Shown: one piece after another, positions 14,401-26,035 of the stretch
How positions within the stretch are numbered: the stretch's first letter is position 1
How the letters are laid out: the number at the start of each line of letters is the position of its first letter
Source of the DNA: Phyllobates terribilis
Taxonomy: Eukaryota
Direction: 5' to 3'
Length of the DNA stretch: 64,000 bases
NCBI RefSeq assembly: GCF_046119375.1
Contig: NW_027362763.1
Coordinates: 781,076,001 to 781,140,000, forward strand
The notes under the pieces: model-generated
The model's database searches: none
Seen by the model: the letters and a program-made list of their open reading frames with translations, nothing else
Told to the model about the DNA's origin: nothing
Translations under genes and position numbers: made by a program

Positions 14401-17400
14401 CAAGAATACAGGTATTACACAAGAATACATGTAGTACACAAGAATACAGGTATTACACAAGAATACATGTAGTACACAGAAATACAGGTAATATACAAGA
14501 ATACAGGTATTACACAGGAATACAGGTAATCTACAAGAATACAGGTATTACACAAGAATACAGGTAATATACAAGAATACAGGTAGTACACAAGAATACA
14601 GGTAATATACAAGAATACAGGAAGTACACAGGAATACAGGTAGTACACAGGAATACAGGTAATCTACAAGAATACAGGAAGTACACAAGAATACAGAGAG
14701 TACACAGGAATACAGGTATTACACAGGAATACAAGTAATAAACAAGAATACAGGAAGTACAGAGGAATACAGGTAGTACACAAGAATACAGGTATTACAC
14801 AGGAGTACAGGTAATATACAAGAATACAGGTAGTACACAAGAATACAGGTAGTGCACAGGAATACGGGTAATATGCAAGAATACAGGTAATCTACAAGAA
14901 TACAGGAAATACACAGGAATACAGGTAGTACACAAGAATACAGGAAGTACACAGGAATACAGGTATTACACAGGAATACAGGTAATATACAAGAATAAGG
15001 AAGTACACAGGAATACAGGTATTACACAGGAATACAGGTAATATACAAGAATACAGGTATTACACAGGAATACAGGTATTACACAGGAATACAGGAAGTA
15101 CACAGGAATACAGGAAATATACAAGAATACATCTATTACACAGGAATACAGGTATTACACAAGAATACAAGAAGAACACAAGAATACAGGAAGTGCACAA
15201 GAATACAGGAAGTACACAGGAATACAGGTATTACACAGGAATATAGGTAATATACAAGAATACAGGAAGTACATAGGAATACAGGTAATACACAAGAATA
15301 CAGATAGTACACAGGAATACAGGTATTACATAGGAATACAGGTAATATACAAGAATACAGGAAGTACACAGGAATACAGGTAGTATACAAGAATACAGGA
15401 ATACAGGTAATATACAAGAATACAGGAAGTACACTAGAATACAGGTAGTACACAAGAATACAGGTATTACACAGGGATACAGGTAATATACAAGAATATA
15501 GGTAATCTACAAGAATACAGGAAGTACACAGGAATACAGGTAATATACAAGAATACAGGAAGTACACAGGAATGCAGGTATTACACAGGAATACAGGTAA
15601 TATACAAGAATACAAGAAGTACACAGGAATACATGTATTACACAGGAATACAGGTAATATACAAGAATACAGGAAGTATACAAGAATACAGGTAGTACAC
15701 AAGAATACAGGAATACAGGTAATATACAAGAATACAGGAATTACACAGGAATACAGGTAATATGCAAGAATACAAGAAGTACACAAGAATACAGGTAATA
15801 TACAAGAATGCAGGTAATATACAAGAATACAGGTATTACACAGGAATACAGGTAATATACAATGTAGCGCCGGCGTCCCTGCCCTCTGCTAGGCAGGGAC
15901 GCTGTTCCCCTCACCTCTCTGCTCCGTGCCCGGCGTCCTCCTTCCGCTCTGCTGGCAGCGCGCGCTCCTTCCCGGCCACTGTGCTTAGGGCGCGCGCGCG
16001 CTCTCCCTCCCTCTTAAAGGGGCCGCGCGCGCCGTCCTAAGGAGTCCCCGGCCAATGGCCGGAGGACTTCACCATATATAAGGCACCTCCTCCAAAATGG
16101 AGGTGCCCGAGCAATGTTGTTGCACTGTTCACTACTCTGCTTCAGCCCTCAGGTCCCGTTGCCAGTTACCTGCCAGATACCTGCCAGATTCCTGCCAGCT
16201 TGCTGTCTTATTCCTGCCTGATTATCTGCTACCTGCCTGCTAGTCTGAGGTCCGACGGTCTGCCTTACTACTCCTGTCAGTCTGTCTAAGGACCAGCCTG
16301 TCCGCTCACCTGGGAGCGCACTTCAGCCACCTGCCTGCTTGCCTGAGGTCCGACGGTCTGCCTTCCAACTCCTGTCAGTCTGTGTATGGACCAGCTTGCC
16401 TGCTCACCTGGGAGCACACATCTGCTACCTGCCTGCTAGCCTACCTGGAGGCTCCGCCGTCACGTGCTGTGACCACCTGCCTGTCCAGTGACTCCTGCCC
16501 GCTCACCTGGGAGCGCTCATCTGCTGCCTGTCTGCTAGCCTACCTGGAGGCTCTGCCGTCACGTGCTGTGACCACCCGCCTGTCCAGAGACTTCTGCCCG
16601 CTCACCTGGGAGCGCTCATCTGCCGCCTGTCTGTTGGTCTTCCTGGAGGCTCCGCCGTCACATGCTGTGACCACCCGTTCATCCAGAGACTCTCGCCTGC
16701 TCACCTGGGAGCTCACGTCTATCATCAGCCGCCACAGGTCGTACCAACCCTTTACCCAGAGACTGCCCCGGTCACTTGCCGTGACCATCTGCCCGTTCAT
16801 TGAGAGACTGCCCCGGTCACTTGCCGTGACCATCTGCCCGTTCATTCAGAGACTGCCCCGGTCACTTGCCGTGACCATCTGCCCGTTCATTCAGAGACTG
16901 CCCCGGTCACTTGCCGTGACCATCTGCCCGTTCATCCAGAGACTGCCCCGGTCACTTGCCGTGACCTCCAGCCCGTTCACTCAGAGACTGTCCCGGTCAC
17001 CTGCTGTGACTTCCTGCCCGTCTTCCCTGGTCGCCACCCGCTCCCTTACAAGGACCGCCCCCTTGTATAGTAGCTCAGAGGTTCCGCCTCCCAGACCCGT
17101 TACATACAAGAATACAAGAAGTACACAAGAATACAGGAAGTGCACAAAAATACAAGAAGTACACAGGAATACAGGTAATATACAAGAATACAGGAAGTAC
17201 ACAGGAATACAGGTAATATACAAGAATACAGGTAGTACACAAGAATACAGGAAGTACACAGGAATACAGGTAATATACAAGAATACAGGTAATATACAAG
17301 AATACAGGTATTACACAGGAATACAGGTAATATACAAGAATACAGCAAGTACACAAGAATACAGATAGTACACAGGAATGCAGGTAATATACAAGAATAC

Positions 17401-19488
17401 AGGAAGTACACAAGAATACAGGTAGTACACAAGAATACAGGAAGTACACAGGAATACAGGTATTACACAGGAATACAGGTAATATACAAGAATACATGTA
17501 TTACATAGGAATACAGGTAATATACAAGAATACGGGAAGTACACAAGAATACAGGTAGTACACAAGAATACAGGAAGTACACAGGAATACAGGTATTACA
17601 CAGGAATACAGGTAATATACAAGAATACAGGAAGTACACAGGAATACAGGTAATATACAAGAATACAGGTAGTACACAAGAATACAGGTAATATACAAGA
17701 ATACAAGAAGTACACAAGAATACAGGAAGTGCACAAGAATACAGGAAGTACACAGGAGTACAGGTAATATACAAGAATACAGGAAGTACACAGGAATACT
17801 GGTAATATACAAGAATACAGGAAGTACACAGGAATACAGGTAATATACAGGAATACATGTAGTACACAAGAATACAGGTAGTACACAAGAATACAGGTAT
17901 TACTCAGGAATACAGGTAATATACAAGAATACAGGTAATCTACAAGAATACAGGAAGTACACAGGAATACAGGTAATATACAAGAATATAGGAAGTACAC
18001 AGGAATACAGGTATTACACAGGAATACAGGTAGTACACAGAAATACAGGTATTACACAGGAATACAGGTAATCTACAAGAATACAGGAAGTACACAAGAA
18101 TACAGGTAGTACACAAGAATACAGGTATTACACAGGAATACAGGTAATATGCAAGAATACAGGTATTACACAAGAATACAGGTAGTACACAAGAATACAG
18201 GTATTACACAGAAATACAGTTATTACACAGGAATACAGGTAGTTTATAGGAATACAGGCAATACACAGTAATACAGGTAGTACACAGGAATACAGGTAGT
18301 ACACAATAATACAGGTAGTACACAGAAATACAGATAGTACATAGGAATACAGGCAATCCACATTAATACGGGTAGTACACAAGAATACAGGTAGTACATA
18401 GGAATACAGGCAATACACATTAATACAGGTAGTACACAGAAATACAGGTAGTGCACAAGAATACAGGTAGTACACAGATGTACAGGTAGTGCACAGGAAT
18501 ACAGGTAGTACACAGAAATACAGGTAGTACACAGGAATACAGTTAGTACACAATAATACAAGAAGTACCCAGAAATACAGGTAGTACCCAGAAATACAGG
18601 TAGTACACAGAATTACAGGTAGTACATAGAAATACAGGTAGTACATAGAAATACAGGTAGTACACAGGAATACCGGTAGTACACAGGAGTACAGTTAGTA
18701 CACAGGAATACAATGGGTACATAGGAATACATGTAGTACACAGGAATACATGTAGTACACAGGAATACAGGTAGTACAAAGAAATACAGGTAGTACATAG
18801 GAATACAGGTAGTACACAGAAATACAGGTAGTACACAGAAATACATGTAGTACACAGGAATACAGTTAGTACACAGTAATACAAGAAGTACCCAAGAATA
18901 CAGGAAGTACACAGTAATACAAGTAGTGCACTGAAATACAGGTAGTACACAGAAATTCAGGTAGTGCACAGAAATACAGGTAGTACACAGAAATACAGGT
19001 AGTACATAGAAATACAGGTAGTACACAAGAATACTGCTAATACACAAGAATACAGGTCGTACATAGGAATACAGGTAGTGCACAGGAATACAGGTAGTAC
19101 ACAAGAATACTGGTAGTACATAGAAATACAGGTAGTGCACAAGAATATAGGTAGTGCACAGAAATACAGATAGTACATAGAAATACAGGTAGTGCACAAG
19201 AATACTGGTAATACACAAGAATAGAGGTCATACATAGGAATACAGGTAGTGCACAGGAATACAGGTAGTGCACAGGAATATAGGTAGTACACAGGAATGC
19301 AGGTAGCACAAAAGAATACAGGTAATACACAGGAATCTACGTAGTACACAAGACTACAGGAAGTACACAGGAGCACATGTAGTACATAAGAATATAGTTA
19401 GTACTAAGGAATACAAGTAGTGCACAGGAATACAGGTAATACACAGGCATACAAATAGTACACAGGAATACAGGTAGTACACAGGAAT
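5409..19488. repeat. ~14-kb tandem satellite of ~19-bp units (gaatacaggtaatatacaa / gaatacaggtagtacacaa / gaatacaggtattacacag / gaatacaggaagtacacag), interrupted by a solo LTR
   Basis: Directly visible; roughly 650-700 units, with units more diverged after ~18250. Confidence 0.98.
15863..17104 (+). mobile_element. Solo LTR (Gypsy/chromovirus-like), 1242 bp, inserted in the satellite
   Basis: TGTAGCG...CGTTACA termini; 5-bp TSD TACAA (15858-15862 / 17105-17109); CCAAT near 16052; TATATAA at 16075-16081; internal 45-bp tandem repeat (~5-6 copies from 16761) and ~110-bp repeats. Confidence 0.9.
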
Positions 19489-20177
19489 GGCATTATAAAA
19501 GGTATTAATCTGAAATATTCAGATCAATGTTAGAGTAGCCTATTATTTTATATTGACAGACACAGCCTTTGGACAAGATTGAGGTTGAGCAGGTAACATT
19601 TTTTTTTCTTTAAATCCTATAACCCCTTTTAAATGGTTGTTCGGTATTAAAGGGGTTCTCTTGGAAAAGTGTTCAACAGTTTGAGCATGTTAAACTGGAC
19701 ACTTCATGGAATAGTGGATTCAGAGCTGAATAAAACGTGTTTTGTTTTTTCTCTTCTCATTTGCAGGGATATTAGCTTGTAAAATTTAGATTCCAATTTC
19801 CCCTTCAAATAAGAGGGCATTAACAGAGATTCGCTTCTGTGGGCGTGTATTTTTTCCTCTGCATGACATTACCCAAACATAAGCAGGAGGCATCATGCAG
19901 GGGAAAAAATGGAACACACCCCTAGAAAATGTCAGACCTGGCTTTTTCTGTGTGAGCCATGTAATGACCCACACACCTGATCTTCTTACTGATTTCATCA
20001 CTAGCATCTACTGTGATAACAAGTGAGGGAAAAATGCTCCTACAGAAGATTAGTGCTAGAAGGTTCACAGTAACACTGATAATTAGATAACAATTAAGCA
20101 ATTTCATCATGCTAGTAACATAGTCTTAAGCACGTGCTAATATCATGGATATAGTTATTGAAGAAACTCCCAATACA

Positions 20178-21648
20178 TACTCATCAAAAAAGAAATGCAG
20201 TGCAGACTTCATGTAATTATTAATTGATTTAACTTTATTAATTATGAAAAATTCATACATAAATGCATAATTACAAAAAACTTAGAACAGAGGTGCATAA
20301 AAAGAGGATAAAAGGTCACCCGCGGAACAAGACAAGTAAGTATGGGGTTTTAATGATAGTAATTAGTGATGAGCGAGTAAGAATTGTTAACCCTTTCAGC
20401 GAGCACGCTTGGGTGCTCGCCAAGTATTTGCGGCGTGCTCGGCATCGATGTACGTGTCGCCGCGGCTGCATGTGTTACATCTGTTAAACACCTGTTGCAC
20501 ATGCAGGGATTGCCTAACAAACAGGCAATCCCTGCATGTGTTACAGGTGTTTAACAGATGTTACATATGCAGCCGCGGAGACACTTACATCGATGCCAAG
20601 CACGCCGCAAATACTCGGCGAGCACCCAAGCGTGCTCACCGAAAGGGTTAACAATTCATACTCGTTCATCACTAATAGTAGTGCACAGCCCCAGATATAG
20701 AGTAATTCCAAAATATTAATACAATTCAAAGGAGCCACTTACGGAATGAATCCCCTAATTCATACAATATACATGATTAGTGTTTAATAAATACAAGGAA
20801 ACAATCTAGTAAAGTGCTTGTGCAAAACACATTATAATTCACTCCTATTAGGCAATAATAGCAGAATAGCAAAATAGCATAATGCCCATAAATTGCATAG
20901 TAATTATCATTCACCCTGCACATGCACTGTGCTAACCCACTACTGTTCTATCACATCCGGCCTCCGAATTGGCAGTGCGCATGTCCGTGACGTCATCAGG
21001 AGTTTTTTTCCCTGACGTGCGCCCTTCCAGAGATGCTGATCATGTGACCGCTATTTCCATTTTGGGCCGCACACCACACGCGCTATTATGCTGACCGCCA
21101 ATGATGAGATCTATAAATAGTAGACAGGACATCATCCATTCATACCCCTATTTTGAAAAAGCTAACTCGAAACACACGTCATGGTCCCCTAGGAACGCCA
21201 CACTTGCACCTACACTTATGGGTGAGTGATAATTACTATGCACTTTATGGGTATTATGCTATTTTGCTATTCTGCCATTATTGTCTAATAGGAGTGAATT
21301 ACAATGAGTTTTGCAAAATCACTTTATTAGATTGTTTCTTTGTATTTATTAAACACTATTTTGTTTTTTGTATATTGTATGAATTAGGGGATTCATTCCG
21401 TAAGTGGCTCCTTTGAATTGTATTTCTATTTTGGAATTACTCTATATCTGGGGCTGTGCATTACTATCATTAAAACCCCATACTTACTTATCTTGTTCCT
21501 CAGGTGACCTTTTATCCTCTTTTTATCCACCTGTGTTGGTTATGTTTTTTGTAATTATGCATTTATGTATGAATTTTTCATAATTGATAAAGTTAAATCA
21601 AGTAATAATTACATGAAGTCTGCACTCCATTTCTTTTTTGATCAGTAC
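20178..21648. repeat. Inverted duplication (~425-bp arms, 303-bp spacer), Penelope-like pLTR remnant suspected
   Basis: 20178-20916 (minus the MITE) is the reverse complement of 21220-21648. The spacer has ctataaatag (21111) and a decayed hammerhead-like motif tgaaaaagctaactcgaaacacacgt (21154-21179); a GGTGAGT donor opens the right arm at 21221. Confidence 0.8.
20364..20674. mobile_element. hAT-type foldback MITE, 311 bp
   Basis: TIR tagtgatgagcgagt / actcgttcatcacta; 8-bp TSD atagtaat / atagtagt. The empty site (atagtaat once) is preserved in the opposite arm near 21461. The element is palindromic throughout. Confidence 0.92.
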
Positions 21649-22295
21649 AGATTAGTGCAGTCTTTCTCCTGTGAGACACGTAATGATACACAGCCTTGCT
21701 CTCCTCTATAATCATTGTATCTGTTGTGCAGAGTAGAACAGAAGCTATGTATCATTATAAATACGTCTTGCAGCTTTGATCTCACAGCACTGTCTGCTCT
21801 TCTCTACTCCCCTCCCACCGACAGTGCCATGAGAGGAAAACAGTTTATAACTACACCTATTCTCTGTGTACTATTCTCCTCCTCCACTTCGAATCACAGT
21901 AGATTTGGATAGTGAGATCTGTTAAGAGAGCAGGGCTGTGTGTCATTATATGTCTCGTATAGATAAAGCTGGGTCTGACATTCTCTAGGGACGTGTACAT
22001 TTTTTCCCCTGCATGACATCTTCTGCTTACAAGTGGGCAACGTCATGCAGGAGCAATAATACATGGCCCAGTGATGCTTGGCTAAAGGGGAAATTATAAT
22101 CTAAAGTTTACTAGCTAATATCTCTGCAACGGAGGGGAAAAATTAAAACATCAAAATTGAGTTTTATGCAACTCAGCAGTCACTCTGCAGTCACTATTCC
22201 ATGAGGTGGCCAGTTTAACATGCTAAAGCTGGTTAAATGTAATTTTTAAGTTCTTGAACCTTAACTTCCAAGCTAGGTATAATTGTTGTGCAAAT

Positions 22296-25200
22296 TTATT
22301 ATTATTATTTATTATTATAGCGCCATTTATTCCATGGCACTTTACATGTGAATAGGGGTATACATAGCAGAAACAATTACAATAATCTTGAACAAAACGT
22401 GACGGCGACTGGTACAGGAGGAGCAAGGACCCTGCCCACGAGGGCTCACAATCTACAAGGGATGGGTGAAGATACAGTAGGTGATGGTAGGGCTGGTCGT
22501 GGAGCAGTATGGTGGAGAGATGGTTAAAAGAAAGAGGTGGGTCTTCAGGTTCCTTTTGAAGGTTTCCACGGTCGGTGACAGTCTGATATGTTGGGGTAGA
22601 GAGTTCCAGAGTAAGGGGGATGCACGGGAGAAATCTTGTATGCGATTGTGGGAGGAGGAGATAAGAGGGGAGTAGAGAAGGAGATCTTGTGAGGATCAGA
22701 GGTTGCGTGCGGGTATGTACCAGGAGACTAGGTCAGAGATATATGGAGGAGACTTGTTGTGAATGGCTTTGTATGCCATGGTTAGGATTTTGAGCTGGAG
22801 TCTCTGAGCAATGGGGAGCCAGTGAAGAGATTGACAGAGAGGAGAGGCCAGGGAATAGCGAGGGGACAGGTGGATTAGTCAGGCAGCAGAGTTTAGGATA
22901 GATTGGAGGGGCGCGAAAGTGTTGGAAGGGAGGCCACAGAGTAGGAGGTTGCAGTAGTCAAGGCGGGAGATGATGAGGGCGTGCACTAGTGTTTTTGCAG
23001 ATTCATGGTTGAGGAATGTGCGGATCCGGGAGATATTTTTAAGTTGGAGTCGGCAGGAAGAGGAAAGGGCTTGGATATGTAATTTGAAGGAGAGTTCAGA
23101 GTCCAGGGTTACCCCAAGGCAGCGAGCTTGAGGGACTGGGGAGAGTAGACAGCCGTTGACGTTGATAGATAGGTCAATTGGGGGGGTTGAATGAGATGAC
23201 GGAAAGATGATGAATTCTGTTTTGTCCATGTTAAGTTTTAGAAATCTAGCAGAGAAGAAGGATGAAATAGTGGACAGACATTGTGGGATTTTGGTTAGTA
23301 GGGAGGGGATATCGGGTCCAGAGAGTTAGATCTGTGTGTCGTCGGCATAGAGGTGATAATGAAAGCCATGAGACTCTATGAGCTGACCCAGGCCTAAGGT
23401 GTAGATGGAGAAGAGCAGGGGTCCTAGAACTGAACCTTGGGGGACACCGACAGATAGGGGGTGAGATGAGGAGGTGGTGTGTGAGTGGAAGACACTGAAT
23501 GTCCGGTCTCTTAGTTATGAGGAGATCCAGGATAGGGCCAAGTCTGTGATGCCGAGAGATGAGAGGGTCTGTAGTAAGAGGGAATGGTCCACTGTGTCGA
23601 AGGCAGATAACAGATCCAGGAGGAGGAGGACAGAGTAGTGTCGCTTGGATTGGGCGGTTAGTAGATCATTGATGACTTTAGTCAGTGCAGTTTCAGTAGA
23701 ATGGTGCGGTTGGAAACCAGATTGTAGGCGGTCAAAGAGGGAGCAGAAGGAGAGGTGGGAGGACAGTTCAGAATGGACATGTTGTTCCTGTAGTTTTGAG
23801 GCATAGGGGAGAAGTGATATGGGGTGATAGCTAGTCAGAGAGGATGGGTCAAGGGAGGGCTTTTTTGAGGATGGGTGCGATCGAGGCATGTTTGAAGCAT
23901 GAGGGGAAGACGCCAGTTGTTAGTGACAGGTTGAAAAGGTGGGCTAGGGTTGGGATGAAGATAGTGGTAAGGTTTGGGATGAGGTGCAACGGGATTGGAT
24001 CAAGTTCACAGGTGGTGAGGTGTGATTTGGAGAGTAAAGAGGAAAGGTGGTTATGGAGTAGGAGGATTGAGTAGGTGTGGGGAGGGTCTGTGGGGACTAT
24101 AGGCAAAAGTTTTGTCTGATGGTGTCAATCTTCTGCTTGAAGAATGAGGCAAAGTCTTCGGCTGAAATAAGAGGAGAGGGAGGAGGCACTGGGGGATGGA
24201 GGAGAGAATTGAAGGTGTTGAATAGTTGTTTGGGGTTGTGAGATAGGGAGGATATGGGAAATGAGAAGTATGTGTGTTTTGCTGCAGTGAGTGTGGACTT
24301 GAAGGTAGTGAGAGACTGTTTGAATGCGATGAAGTGCTCATTGGAGTGGGACCTTTTCCATCTACGCTCAGCAACCCTGGAGGCCCGTCGCAGTTCTTTA
24401 GTTAGGCTGGTGTACCAGGGTTGTCTGTTGATTATGCAAGCTTTGGTATGTGTGAGGGGGGTGATCGAATTGAGAGCTGCAGCTGTTGTGGTGTTGTAGA
24501 AAGTGGCAGCAACATCTGCATCTTGTAAGGACCTAATGTCTGTAAGAGGGAGAAGGAATTCAGAGAGTGAGTGTAGGTCAAGGTGTTTAAGATTTCTGTG
24601 AGGGTGTGCAAGTTTGTGGAGTGGGGATTGTTGCTCTGGAGAGGAGAGGGTAGAGAATGTAAGTAGGTTGTGGTCAGAAAGAGGGAGAGGTGAGTTAGAG
24701 AGGTTAGATAGGGAACAAAGGCGGGTGAAGATGAGGTCCAGTGTGTGGCCGTCTTTGTGGGTGGCTGCGGAAGACCACTGAGTAAGGCCGAAGGAGGAAG
24801 TGAGGGATAGAAGCTTAGAGACAGCTGGGCGGGAAGTGTCAATGGGGATGTTGAAGTCACCCATGAGGATAGTGGGGATGTCAACGGAGAGGAAATGAAG
24901 TAGCCAGGTGGTGAAGTTGCCAAAGAAGGTGGTGGTTGATCCTGGGGGGCGCTAAATGACAGCCAGTTGGAGTTTGGAGAAGGAGTAAATGCGCATGCAG
25001 TGCACTTCAAAAGAGGGGAGAGTAATGGAGGGCAGTAGTGCGATTTGGGTGAAGGAGCAGTTATCTGATAGGAGGAAACCTATTCCTCCACCATACTTGC
25101 CGGTGGGGCAGGGGGTGTGGGAAAGGTGGAATCCACCATACGAAAGTGCAGCAGGAGAGGCCGTGTCAGAGGGGGTGAGTCAGGTTTCAGTGATGCCGAG

Positions 25201-25650
25201 GAAGGAAAGCTTGTTAGTGATGAAGAGATTGTGAATGTAGGAAAGTTTGTTGCAGACAGAGCGAGCGTTCCATAGAGCTTCTGTTAGAGTGACTGGGGAA
25301 GCAGAGGCTGGGCAGATGGGTTACGAGAGTTTGGGATAGATCGTGGGTAGGAGGTGGAAGTGATTGTAGGGATGTGGTGAGGAGGACCAGGATTTAGAGA
25401 GATGTCACCGGTAGTAAGGAGGAGCAGAGAAAGTGTTAGTAGGTGGGAGCAGGAGAGGGCATGAGGTGGCTGTGTGTGTTTGGAGACAAAGGATTGTATG
25501 TTGAGGAATAGTTCTGAGGAGGAGGTGAGATGGGTGAGGAGGATGGAGGGAGAGATGAATAGTTCATTACTAGGTGTAGGGATTAGGGGTGGTTGTAAAA
25601 AGTGAAGGATTAAGGGGGTGAGAGTGAAAACAAACACAAACATTGTTTAC
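22296..25650 (-). mobile_element. L2 clade LINE, near full-length ORF2 region, degenerate
   Basis: (TAA)n-like tail at 22296-22319 after aataaatggcgcta. APE motifs (MGDFNIPID, GHTLDLIF, SDHNLL) and RT motifs ([41 protein letters not shown], [16 protein letters not shown], YADDTQI). Many stops and frameshifts. Confidence 0.93.
22545..25643 (-). pseudogene. L2 ORF2 (2A-like leader + APE endonuclease + reverse transcriptase) pseudogene
   Basis: ORF-track fragments 25284-25643, 24097-24864, 23849-24106, 23515-23889 and 22879-23229 are collinear pieces of one ORF2. The 3' coordinate is approximate. Confidence 0.88.
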
Positions 25651-26035
25651 TGTTACTTAGTATCCAGTTACCTTCAGTTCCCTTCAGGTTCAATTCAGGA
25701 TTAATTCATATTTCTCACTCTTAAGCAATGGACACACTTAAGGTGATGGACACAGACTAAAGTCTAATAGACTCCTAGCCCACAATATATTTGTAGCAGA
25801 ATGCATTCAGCTGTGAACCAGAGGGGCGTGGTTTGTGCTCAACTTGATCAGCTGATTAAGGCTGAAACAGATGCTGGATAGTCAAAGTCTAAGTAAACAA
25901 GGTCATAAATGAAAGAGGAGGGTAGTTGGTGTTACTTGAAAAACATACCATTAGTATATAGGAGCAGAGAGGTAGAGAGAAATCTGCATGGAAATCAGGA
26001 TGGGAAAGCTGAGTCACGTACCATTAGTATACATA

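Larger units (their letters stand above)
19654..22260. mobile_element. Old T2/Kolobok-like foldback element with long diverged inverted arms (~19650-20060 vs ~21830-22264)
   Basis: ttaaaggggttct start and gaaccttaa end. Inverted matches include gcatgttaaactggacacttcatggaatagtg vs cactattccatgaggtggccagtttaacatgc, and ttgcagggatattagct vs agctaatatctctgcaa. Confidence 0.55.

Noticed and set aside
16382-17368. 328-aa ORF in the solo LTR
   Set aside because: It is built from the LTR's 45-bp and ~110-bp repeats and runs into the satellite; no recognisable motifs.
5458-19376. Dozens of Cys/Tyr/Leu/Val-rich ORFs on the minus strand (and YKNTG-type ORFs on the plus strand)
   Set aside because: They are translations of the 19-bp satellite, which has few stop codons on that strand; they have no domain content.
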